A stretch of DNA of 63,220 nt, the filler included, from Lenisia limosa (lineage: Eukaryota; Protista; Breviatea): the NCBI GenBank assembly GCA_001655205.1. It is 7 parts of 7 records of this genome, joined end to end, with 100 filler letters (N's around TTAATTAATTAA, not from the genome) between each part and the next. Parts side by side here need not be neighbours in the genome. Positions count along the whole stretch, not along the records: positions 33,080 to 51,569 come from LPNZ01005942.1; positions 51,670 to 56,991 come from LPNZ01010950.1; positions 57,092 to 61,751 come from LPNZ01008702.1; 4 more parts are not named here. The stretch is one strand, 5' to 3'. Positions 49,441 to 59,744 of the stretch are shown here, one piece after another. A model generated the notes under the pieces. The model made no database searches. It was not told where the DNA came from and was given only the letters and a program-made list of their open reading frames with translations. The position numbers and the translations under genes were made by a program. The first letter of the stretch is position 1. Each line of letters starts with the position of its first letter.

Positions 49441-51569
49441 ATGAAGGTATTTGTTTCTAAAACCTACTCCTTTGCTCATTTTATAGTTCTCTGAAGAGCT
49501 TTGGGATGGTTTCGATGCAGTTTCTCAAAAAGCAGAGGTTGGTAATATTTCGCTTGTCCCGAAGAATACTCCTTATAATATGTATCTTGATTCAAACCAG
49601 CTCTGCCATATTAGTTTACTATTTCCATGATTTAATCAAATAAATGGACACTAAATGGAATAAGGAGAGAAGTCATTACATTAATGAGGAGGGTATTTTT
49701 TCCCAAACATCATCTTGTCGGGTTATTTAAATGCCGCTTCAGATTGGAATCGCGTCTGCCAGAGATGTACTTTCGTTTTTCAGGAAAAAGGCTTTGGTTT
49801 GTTGGAGCCAAATTAATGATTTTTATTATGGGAACAAAAGTTGTATTTTGATTGTTCTAGGCGGAAGAGGAATACACTCGTGCAATTAACAAGATGTACA
49901 AATCCGCAACCAAGAGCAAACGAGTAAGTAACATGTTTCTGAGTATTCTAACTGATTTATCAGGTGATGTTCCAGCCAATGAATTCGGAAACAGGCTTTG
50001 TTACTGAAGACAAGTTGGATGGGACGGGGATATAATTGTGGAGACTGCCATCTTCATCCCCCATTATACTCTCACCAAAATTGAAAGATGGTTACGATTC
50101 CGAGAGAGTGATAAATTGACCCATATTAAAAAAAAAAAGCCAAACTGATTAAAATATACAGCATACCATATCATTGATAAAGGAAAAAAAATTACACATC
50201 TCATAAATATGAGCTCAGCTTACAACTCATAAATACTATGAGCCATCTTAATTGTGCGGGTGAAGCAAAGAGTTTATCGTTTAGAACCCTTACAGAGGCG
50301 TGGCAGCTTGTAGTTCAAGCAACTGAGAATGAAGAAAAAATGTATGACAAAAGGGTATCATTAAACTGTGTATCTTGATGAAGGTCATTCCATTTCAGGC
50401 ATGAGTTACTGAGCATTCGTTTAACAGAATCCACTGTCAATCCCATGACTACCTTTATTGCTGCACACGAAAAGTCAATCAAAAATGTTGGGAAAAACAA
50501 TTAGGTTTTCTTCATGGTATCACATCACTCACCATTCAAGTTGAACATGGAAGGTAATCGCATCATTAAAGAGCTGAAAGACGCAATGAATGCTTTAGAC
50601 AAGGCAAAAGCTGCATATATCAAAGTTGGTATAGGAAGCAAGTCAATGCTGTTGGGTGTTTACTCACACTTAAGGCCTGCAATGAGGAAGTTGCAGGAAA
50701 ACACGCTTTGGAGAATAGTAAAAGCGGCAAGCCAAAGGATATCCAAAAGGTAAACAATATAGTATTCTGGATTTCAGATGACCAAGCAATGATTTTTGTT
50801 TTTGCATTCTGTTATAAAATTCTTATTCTTCAGCTCTCTTTGAAAGCGATCAGTTTGACCGAGAGAGCGGAAGCATCAAAAATTGACTACAAGAAGAAGG
50901 TTGGTGGAAACAAAGACAGGGTAGTTTAGATTAAGTTTGAAGCAAGGACCCTGTTGACCTTACTAATAGATTGACATTGCAAATGAGACCCAATTTATGC
51001 TTTACAAAGTCAAAATGCCCAAAATCCTTGATGTGAGTGTGGAATGTTGATTGCTATGCGTCTTCAACACTGACATTAAAAAGGCTTCGAGCTAAAAATC
51101 CTAGGAGTTTGAACAACTTGGCAGTGAACGAGTGCGTGTTATCTCAGATTGCATTCAGAAGTTTCATTGGGCTATCCAGTCCCTCCCGGAACAAGTTTGC
51201 CTCTCTTATTAATTTTATTCCCCGGCTTTTATTTATACCATTTACAATTTTTTTTCATTTAATTCCATTTTTCTGACCATACAGACTCAATCGTCTGTGT
51301 CTGCAGTTGACAAGGCTGGAAGTAGGGAAAGGGGCATTGCAATCAGCGAATTTGATTTCTCTGACTTCGTAGAAATCATTGACCACGCTTCTGATGTTGA
51401 AATGTTCATCACTCAACATAAGACCTACAGGAGCCCTCCTCCCGAAATCCAATTCGAGGAGTTTGTTCCAAGTTCTCCTGAACCAGGTTGGCCTTTTTGG
51501 AGGATATTTGTCACTCTTGGTAACCGACCATTCAAACCTGCATACCTTCCCTACCTTCACGGTGTTGGG
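49441..51569 (+). CDS. F-BAR (FCH) domain protein, 3' partial
   Basis: MK|FSEELWDGFDAVSQKAE, AEEEYTRAINKM, EAWQLVVQATENE, ANETQFMLYKVKMPKILD|EFEQLGSER, IDHASDVEMFITQHKTYRSPPPEIQFEEF. Confidence 0.8.
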
Positions 51570-51669
51570 NNNNNNNNNNNNNNNNNNNNNNNNNNNNNNN
51601 NNNNNNNNNNNNNTTAATTAATTAANNNNNNNNNNNNNNNNNNNNNNNNNNNNNNNNNNNNNNNNNNNN
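51570..51669. other. Artificial scaffold linker
   Basis: 44 N + TTAATTAATTAA + 44 N. Confidence 0.97.
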
Positions 51670-51901
51670 TATTTTAAGAAAGAAAAAAACAATATTAATA
51701 TTAATAAGAGATTAGATTACAACAACAGCAGCAATATTACATCAATATTAATCCATAATACGAGATTGGATTTACCTTCAACAACAATAACATCATCTAC
51801 TTCCACCCCCCTATTAACCCCATAATGCCAATAACATGATCCTCTCCAACCTCCAACAACAAAAGAACCTAGAATAAAACAAGATCACCCCCCCCCCTTA
51901 C

Positions 51902-52270
51902 ACAATCACAGTGGTTCCTCTGCAATANNNNNNNNNNNNNNNNNNNNNNNNNNNNNNNNNNNNNNNNNNNNNNNNNNNNNGCTTGATAGAAACCTTTCCT
52001 TTTGTCACCTTCATCATGTTGAACCCCGACGTGGGAATCATGTCCTCGTCGCAATCACCCTTCTAAAGCAGCGTTAGGCCTAGTTTCATGCTTGCTTACT
52101 CCAATAACGTTGATTAGCGTCGTCTTTCCCGCGCTATTCAGCCCCACAAGAGTGATCTCCATTTCCTGCTTCCAAAATCTGGATACTGTTAGTTCTACAA
52201 TAGGCGTTCAAATATCTTACAATGACTTAAACCAGTTGGCTATGCCTCCAAAGAAGGTCTTGATCCCCAT
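51902..52270 (-). CDS. ARL8: Arf-like GTPase ARL8 (3' partial)
   Basis: [17 protein letters not shown]|[26 protein letters not shown]|[23 protein letters not shown]...YCRGTTVIV. Confidence 0.9.
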
Positions 52271-52778
52271 CGTGACAAGCTGGTGTCTTAACTCTTATCT
52301 GTCGAACTTTCTTGCGATTCTACTTGACAATTGGATACAACTGTTCAATAAATATATGGATATTCAGACTTATTTGTTTGATTTGTGAAGTTTCAGGAAT
52401 CCTTAAATTGGATTACTTTTGATTATGATTGGTCCTTGAGAGACCTTTCACGCCACATTTCTTCTTGGGCGTGCCTCGCGCGTGTAATTCGAGATCAGTA
52501 ATATCGTAATATTGCAGATTCGCAAATTGTAACATCGTAACAACATTGGCCCCCTCTCCCGATAAAAAGAAATCAAATACCTAAATAAACCATAATAGCA
52601 GAACAGTGTAACAAGTCCTGAGACGCTTCTGTCAAATCTATAGGGTGAGGATGGTGCAAATGAAAGATCACTCCTCCCCCACAAATATTTAGGAATAAAA
52701 GCCCCCCACACTTTCTCGTTATAATTTCCAGAATTTTCCTTCAAAAAGAGTTTCTAATACGGAGCGTCACGATTGCGC

Positions 52779-52852
52779 GAACCTTCCTAAAGGAGAATTA
52801 TTTGAACCTTCCTCAAAGAGAATTCTTTGAACCTTCCAAAATAAGCAGTTAT
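52779..52852. repeat. 25-bp tandem repeat x3, intergenic
   Basis: GAACCTTCCTAAAGGAGAATTATTT / GAACCTTCCTCAAAGAGAATTCTTT / GAACCTTCCAAAATAAGCAGTTATTT. Confidence 0.75.
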
Positions 52853-53017
52853 TTACACTTCTTTTCAAACCAAAAACAACAATCAACAACACCACCTATT
52901 TTTTTTTTTAGATAATGATTTTTGGGCGGAAATTTCGAGATTTATCGAGAATTCGGTCTTTTTAGGAACATGAAGTGGGCTCGTCTAAAAAAAGCGGGTA
53001 GAGTTTTAAAAAACGTC

Positions 53018-56000
53018 CTATAATTTAATAGAATATTTGTAAGAGGAACCCACGCGGTGTGCCTTAGTGGCCGTAGGAGCAGCCGGGACAGGGCCCNNNN
53101 NNNNNNNNNNNNNNNNNNNNNNNNNNNNNNNTAGTCGAGAATCTTCTCCCGCAGTCACAAGCCCGTCCTGGGGTGGGGGGTGGGAGTAAAATGGAAATTT
53201 TATGAAACAAAAACACAATCACAAAATATCGATATTTATCGAGGATTTATCGAGATATTCAGTCTTTTTTGGAATTGAAAATGAAGCTCTATAATATATA
53301 AGTATCAAGAGGCCACTACGATCCAGAAAATGACTGAATTACTCGATAAATCCTCATTGTATTTCGATAGTTTATCGATCTTTTTCGTACCAGAGTGAAG
53401 CCCTATATCATACAATATCACCACCCCTACCTTGACTGTTATTACGTCACGAATCACCTCGCTATGTCCTCCGTGTTTTACCGAACCTCGTGTTAATGCT
53501 TGGCGTGCTAAATCAATCTGGGAGGGATGGTAAAATAGAAGGTTCTCACATAAGAAATATATCAAGGACGTGTAAGCGAGGTGCGGGGTATAATATAATA
53601 CTACTACCCCCCCCCCCACATCTAGCAATGANNNNNNNNNNNNNNNNNNNNNNNNNNNNNNNNNNNNNNNNNNNNNNNNNNNNNNNNNNNNNNNNNNNNN
53701 NNNNNNNNNNNNNNNNNNNNNNNNNNNNNNNNNNNNNNNNNNNNNNNNNNNNNNNNNNNNNNNNNNNNNNNNNNNNNNNNNNNNNNNNNNNNTAATTATA
53801 CGTTATCGTGTTATTTAATGCGAGTCATTGCATCTACGATAAGTATTCATGTTTTTCAATTGAATTTAAACCAAAAAGATCGTGTATTATGAATCAAATA
53901 ACGCTAGGAGCTGATATTATTAGGGCTTCACTTCGGTTCGGAAAACACTGATAAAATATCGATATTTATCGCAGATTTATCAAGGAATTCAGTCGTTTTT
54001 TGAACCGAGGTGAAGCCCAACATATCATGTTCAAAAATGCCAGGGCAGACCTCACAATGCACCAAGGAGCCCTCATTGGACCCGGCAAAGATGCTTAGTG
54101 CTCCTGGTCCTTCCGTCTGCACATCAATGATATAGTCGGTTTTTACCTGGGGGGGGGGGGTAAAATTTNNNNNNNNNNNNNNNNNNNNNNNNNNNNNNNN
54201 NNNNNNNNNNNNNNNNNNNNNNNNNNNNNNNNNNNNNNNNNNNNNNNNNNNNNNNNNNNTTAATTAGAAACACGATTAAAAACAACAAACAAAAATAAAA
54301 AAATGCTGGGTTGAAAAATGAAAATGTAAATAGTTTGTTAAATTCAATAGAAACAGCTGCCAATATCTGATCTAAACAAGCATTCCTCTCCCCTTACTTT
54401 TTGTGACACGATGGACTGGAGGTGTTTCATTGTGAAGGTGGACAAGTTCTACAAACAATGATGAGAAAGAAAGCGAAGTGGTCAAGGTGAGCGGTAAATG
54501 GGAAAACTTATGAAAATAAACAAAAAAAACTCAAAATCAAGGGCTGATAGCACCCCCACAGATTGAGTGTCAAAAACGCTGAGGCAGCCGGTAGCGGTCG
54601 TAGCCCATAAGTGGCCGGCCCGGGGTCCGCAGAATCCGATTCGGTCCACAGCCTCCTCCACCTGGATGACTGGGGGGGGGGGGNNNNNNNNNNNNNNNNN
54701 NNNNNNNNNNNNNNNNNNNNNNNNNNNNNNNNNNNNNNNNNNNNNNNNNNNNNNNNNNNNNNNNNNNNNNNNNNNNNNNNNNNNNNNNNNNNNNNNNNNN
54801 NNNNNNNNNNNNNNTAGCTTAACACACAAGGGTTGATAACAACAAAGCAAACAAAGACCAGGCCAGTCGCTTCTGTAGCACCGCATCCCAACACTCCAGA
54901 TAATAGAACCCAAAATCGACCCTGTTGGTGTTCGCCCCACTTTCAAGCGCTTCGTCTTCGTCAGGCAGTTGGGCAGTGTCTATTCTCGCCACCATCCCAT
55001 CAACTGCTCAATTAGCAAAAGATACAGTAAAACAACACAGTGACCCAGCAAAGTCTCGACAGATATTCCCATAGCACATCGTTCGTCACTGTATATGCAG
55101 CGATGAGAAATAAAGCAAGGTTGTGTATCTGGCCGAAGCCTTTGGGCTGTTTTTGTTTCATAAATATTCATTTTTACCCCCCTCCCCCTCACTGGAACCC
55201 GAGAAAAGTACCCCGGTATCAACCGGATGCCATGCCAGGGTCACGACCTCATCCATGTGCGCCTCCGTAACTTTGAATGCTCTTTTCATCTTACGTAGAT
55301 CCCTGCCATCGTTATTTGAAGCGGTTGTGAATTCCCCAAATATGGAAACAAATATGGAATCAACTTACAAATAGATAATATTACAATAATCTAATCTAAA
55401 TATGGCAACTACCTCACTTACCAAATATAGACATCTTCTTCTGCTCCAGCGGCGAGTTGCTTTCCATCTAGTCTGCTGTCCACACAAAAGAACTCTTGTT
55501 CCCCTGAAACTCGTGAATTTGTGTTTATCGCTGAAAATGCACTGATGTTCAGAAACAAATAGAATATTTATTCACCAAATCATTTGCCTTACAACTCCAA
55601 GAAAACACAAATATCATCGACAAAAGTTTCATTTTGAGGGGTATTTTACAAAATTTCAGACAATATCATAGTCTTTACTTAAGGTATATGATAATAATAT
55701 AGTATTATATATCATATGAATCAATATGACACTGTGATATGTGATATGTTGGGCTTCCCTGCGGTCCGAAAAAGTCCGTTTAAATATCGATATTTATCGA
55801 GGATTTATCGAGAAATTCGGTCTTTTTTGGGACTGTAGGAAACCCCTAGTGGTATGCAAATGATATCTATGAATTTCATCACATATTTCTCACAGATAAT
55901 ACATCATATGTTAGTGTGCCATGCAAATGATATCAGCATTATGTAGTATATATATGTATATATCATATATATCTACAGTGACCGCGGTAAGTCCTTACAC

Positions 56001-56229
56001 AATTGACTAAGGATAAAGCTCAATATCCGTGTCAGGACTTTTCGCGTTCAGATATCACAGATATAAAATATCATATCATATGATATAATTGCGTGAAGAT
56101 TACATATTGTCATAATACCATTGCATTAGTAGCATTAGTTACCTTTCAGGGTCTTGACAGCCTTCTTCTCGCGAACATCCCAAATACGGCAAGTTCGGTC
56201 AGAAGATGCGGAAGCCAAAAGATGAGCTG
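53018..56229 (-). CDS. WDR89: WD40 protein, WDR89-like (5' partial)
   Basis: LLASASSDRTCRIWDVRE, AHMDEVVTLAWHPVDTGVLFSGS, DGMVARIDTAQLPDEDEALE, VDRIGFCGPRAGHLWATTATGCLSVFD, GHSEVIRDV, LVTAGEDSRL: the motif order of WDR89. Confidence 0.75.
53223..53405. mobile_element. Two adjacent degenerate MITE family 1 copies (53223-53291 and 53308-53405)
   Basis: Shared core ATATCGATATTTATCGAGGATTTATCGAG and ...GTGAAGCCCTA end, inside a WDR89 intron. Confidence 0.7.
53921..54020. mobile_element. MITE family 1, full length
   Basis: TAGGGCTTCACTTCGGTTCGGAAAA...TTTTTGAACCGAGGTGAAGCCC. Confidence 0.85.
55750..55848. mobile_element. MITE family 1, subfamily B (CCCTRCGGTCC ends)
   Basis: GGGCTTCCCTGCGGTCCGAAAAAG...CTTTTTTGGGACTGTAGGAAACCCCTA. 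Confidence 0.8.
55974..56050. mobile_element. Hairpin MITE family 2, diverged copy
   Basis: TACAGTGACCGCGGTAAGTCCTTACAC...GTGTCAGGACTTTTCGCGTTCA; the right half matches 15291-15344. Confidence 0.6.
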
Positions 56230-56698
56230 GGGGGGGGGGGGTAAAATGCTTAAACGGTATACCCCCCNNNNNNNNNNNNNNNNNNNNNNNNNNNNNNNNN
56301 NNNNNNNNNNNNNNNNNNNNNNNNNNNNNNNNNNGTTGGTTGCTCGCGTTTGTTATTGTTTGGTTGTTTGTTTTTGTTTGGAGTTTCAGAATTTTCGTGA
56401 TTAGTACCTTTTCGCCAATATTCTTCATCGAGATTTCAATATGATACGGGGATACTGTAAAATCAATGAGTTTAATTACTCGATGACTTTGTTTGTCCGA
56501 GACAACTATGGCGCTGTCAACTCGCGAGCGGACTATGCTTATATTAGTGGAATCCCTGGCGATCCTTAACTCTCAGTAAAAAATATCCCAGACAACTTGT
56601 CCTTTGAAACCCAAAAAATTACCCTGCAGACTCATTTTAATTACAAACCACACTTGTATTCCTATTTTCCATAATAAAAAAAAGGACTGAACCACCTA

Positions 56699-56809
56699 AA
56701 GACCCTAAGCGACGATTTATGAAGCTTAACCCTGTTTAAGACCCTAAGCGCTGAATTATGAAGCTTAACCCAATTTAAGACCTAAGCGCCGATTTATGAA
56801 GCTAAGCCC
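56699..56809. repeat. 39-bp minisatellite x3
   Basis: AAGACCCTAAGCG..GA(T/A)TTATGAAGCTTAACCC units; stops occur in all reading frames tested. Confidence 0.8.
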
Positions 56810-56991
56810 AGGACCCACATTGTTGATTGAGGAAATGAATGTCATTTATTCTGTCAGAGTGTCCGTCAAAGGTGTGCCTGAGGAGTGAGGGGGGGGGGGG
56901 AGAAATTGGACCATTTATGAAACAAAAAAAGCCCAAATCAACTCCGTTGGCTGACAATATACGAGGGTTAAGAACAATGAAACAAACAAAG

Positions 56992-57091
56992 NNNNNNNNN
57001 NNNNNNNNNNNNNNNNNNNNNNNNNNNNNNNNNNNTTAATTAATTAANNNNNNNNNNNNNNNNNNNNNNNNNNNNNNNNNNNNNNNNNNNN
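56992..57091. other. Artificial scaffold linker
   Basis: 44 N + TTAATTAATTAA + 44 N. Confidence 0.97.
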
Positions 57092-57196
57092 CCCCCGCCT
57101 CGAAATCGCGGAACCCAGAGCATAATTTGTGGTGATGATGGTGGTAAAGGGATATGGTGATGATGGTGAAATGAACGGTTTTGTGATTGGAGTAAC

Positions 57197-57287
57197 TAGA
57201 GCTTCCCTGCGGTCCGAAAAAGACCGTTTAAATATCGATATTTATCAAGGGTTTATCGATTTTTTTTGGGACCATAGGGAAGTCCTA
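57197..57287. mobile_element. MITE family 1, subfamily B
   Basis: TAGAGCTTCCCTGCGGTCCGAAAAAGACCG...GGGACCATAGGGAAGTCCTA. Confidence 0.8.
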
Positions 57288-57427
57288 GTAGTATGACCCC
57301 CCCCCCCTCACCTCAGTGGNNNNNNNNNNNNNNNNNNNNNNNNNNNNNNNNNNNNNNNNNNNNNNNNNNNNNNNNNNNNNNNNNNNNNNNNNNNNNNNNN
57401 NNNNNNNNNNNNNNNNNNNNNNNNNNN

Positions 57428-59184
57428 CATGTAATCAATGATTTCCTGTTCCCACTCCATGTTCTCGTCTTCCTTGTCATCGTCAGCGACAACTGCAGTG
57501 TTAGGCTGGCGGTAAAGGTTCACTTTCAGGTTCCGGTTCGGTTAATCGGAACCGAGAACCAGAACCGGGAGTGAAGCTTTAGCTAGCGGTATGCCGAGTA
57601 ATACCAGTATGAGGGTGTGGGTTAATAGGAGAATCCAAGTCCAAAACGCCGAACCATTAGGCCCCTGTCCTTCAATCTTACAACGGTAGCATCATTAGGG
57701 CTTTCCTACGGTCCTAAAAAAAGACTGAATTTCTCGAAAAATCCTCGCTAAATATCGATATTTTGACGGTCTTTTTTGGACCGTAGGGAAGCCCTAGTGT
57801 TAATTCTGATGACCCCCCCCCCCCTCACCAAGATAGGAGCTCTTCAATGAGGTGCCACCAAGGAACTTGCCGTCACTATCAGTGGTGAAGCCTCCCACAA
57901 TGCTGCTGATGGTGCTTAGGGGCAAAGAACCGATTTGAGCGACAATGTCTTCAGGCGTCGCGCTCTCTGTGTAGTGAGTGGGGGAATGTATTGGGGGGGG
58001 GGGGNNNNNNNNNNNNNNNNNNNNNNNNNNNNNNNNNNNNNNNNNNNNNNNNNNNNNNNNNNNNNNNNNNNNNNNNNNNNNNNNTGGGAAAATAATGAAT
58101 CAGAAATCTTAATATTGTTTTGACGTAGTTGTCGATGTAAGACAGAGAAACCAGTTTGCAACCTGGTCAAGTTAATATTCCACGTCCGTGAATTGACACA
58201 TTCCAATTATTTCATTTCTAATTCTATATCACACCATGAAGGCAAAAAAATATATACTTTGTAATTGCCCTATGGTACAGACCTTCACTTTTATTACGAT
58301 GTTTTCAAAAAGGGTATATCAATTTGTAGATAATTAAGTTTATATAGACATAACTCAAATACAGCAACTTAAAGTTGAACTTTTACGATATAAGTTAACC
58401 TCCATGATCACATATTGGATCCATAGTGTACCCCCCACCAATGAGGGTGCGGTTGAACTCATACACCATAAGGGGCGACAGTACCACACAGTTGTCCGAC
58501 ACTTTAGTGCAGAGGTCTGAGAGACCCAGTCCATCGCCACTGGGGGGTAAAAGAACGATCTCAAAAACAAGGCAAAACAATGAGCTTGATTGTCTTTTTT
58601 TTTAATCGATTTTTTTTTTTTATCAAAACACCCTCAATACTGATATTAACAAAAAAAATAATAACAATACTCGGATAATCTATTCATCCGAGTTGTGCAA
58701 AACCCATGCTTACGACTTGACAGTAGTGATGTAGTCGTGGATATCTTGGAGGACAAGGAGACTGGCACTGTCCATTACGGAGGCGGTGGCGTCGGACTTC
58801 TCAACCATCACGTTCTCCATTCGAGGAATCTAAGGGTGTGAGAGGTGAGGGCTGGGAAAGCGATTTGCGAACCTTGACAAAGAAGTCCGTCATGTGGTCC
58901 ATGTTAGCCTTCTCGTCAGTACCAGGGGGGATCCAGAGGGCTGAGTTATCGGTCTAAATGTCATGAGAGGAAAACGCAAATAGAAGGCGGAATGTCTGTG
59001 AAATGAATCATACCTCGAATTCAAAAAGAGCAAGGCCAGGGAGGAGGAGCAAAAAGAGCAAGCAGAAGGAGCAAATTGAGCACCATGGTCTGCGCCCATG
59101 AAACTTCCCTATCTTGTAGTATCTGCGACGTACGGCGTCATTAAGACTAACCATAAAGGATTCATATCCTGAATAGCAACCCAT
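57428..59184 (-). CDS. Patched/NPC1-family (RND, sterol-sensing superfamily) protein, N-terminal part
   Basis: MGCYSGYESF...YYKIGKFHGRRPWCSICSFCLLFLLLLPGLALFEFE|TDNSALWIPPGTDEKANMDHMTDFF|...VMDSASLLVLQDIHDYI|LSDLCTKVSDNCVVLSPL|IVGGFTTDSDGKFLGG|ENMEWEQEIIDYM: the TM1 and first lumenal loop pattern of the Patched family. Confidence 0.7.
57513..57581. repeat. TA-flanked imperfect hairpin element
   Basis: TAAAGGTTCACTTTCAGGTTCCGGTTC...GAACCAGAACCGGGAGTGAAGCTTTA. Confidence 0.65.
57696..57796. mobile_element. MITE family 1, subfamily B, full length
   Basis: TAGGGCTTTCCTACGGTCCTAAAAAAAGAC...GTCTTTTTTGGACCGTAGGGAAGCCCTA. Confidence 0.85.
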
Positions 59185-59744
59185 TGTGGGGTCTTTCTAG
59201 TATCAGTAGCTTGTCTTTTTCCCGTTACTAATTTCAATGAAACTATAAACACAATAACGGGTTGAAATAAAAACGTCAAAAGAAAAAGGGGAAAATGTAT
59301 TTGGGGGAAAAGATTGAAATAGCAACCGTGAAACCAAGACTGACTTTGTCTTACCAAAATTCACCGCTACCAATTATAGGGATTGGTTAGAGATAATAAA
59401 TATATTTAACATGAATATATGCGTAAAATATTTACTCCAATGAGCAGCAACAACGTAGAGTTACACCGAAAATCGGAGTATTTGGTGACTAAAAACCGTC
59501 CGAGCGGAGGAATTTCCTGGTCCAACCTCCGAACCACCGATTCACTGAATTTTTTTCGTTTTTTCACTACAGGCCACAGATTAGGATTGATTTAGTATTT
59601 ATTTATTGTTAAATTTTTTTTAGAAGTTATGATAAAGTGGTTCTAGGTACTCTTCAGTGAGTTCACCGAATAATGTAGAGGTTTTGGCTAGTAAGACAGA
59701 TCTACCCATTAGTTACGACGATATTCAATTGATCTGAGCTGAAT

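Noticed and set aside
49402-49446. Apparent in-frame TAA in an exon-like stretch (VETRGEEW*RRAEMK), suggesting stop-codon reassignment
   Set aside because: The ATG AAG at 49441 is the natural F-BAR start (MK|FSEELWDGF), so upstream is 5' UTR. SNU13 and PTH2 end in TAA.
52262-52270. N-terminal Met-Gly of ARL8 as a novel myristoylation switch
   Set aside because: It lacks the usual Ser/Thr at position 6 (MGIKTF), and there is no other evidence.
56699-56809. CRISPR-like array
   Set aside because: The units are head-to-tail tandem copies without unique spacers, the context is eukaryotic, and there are no cas genes.
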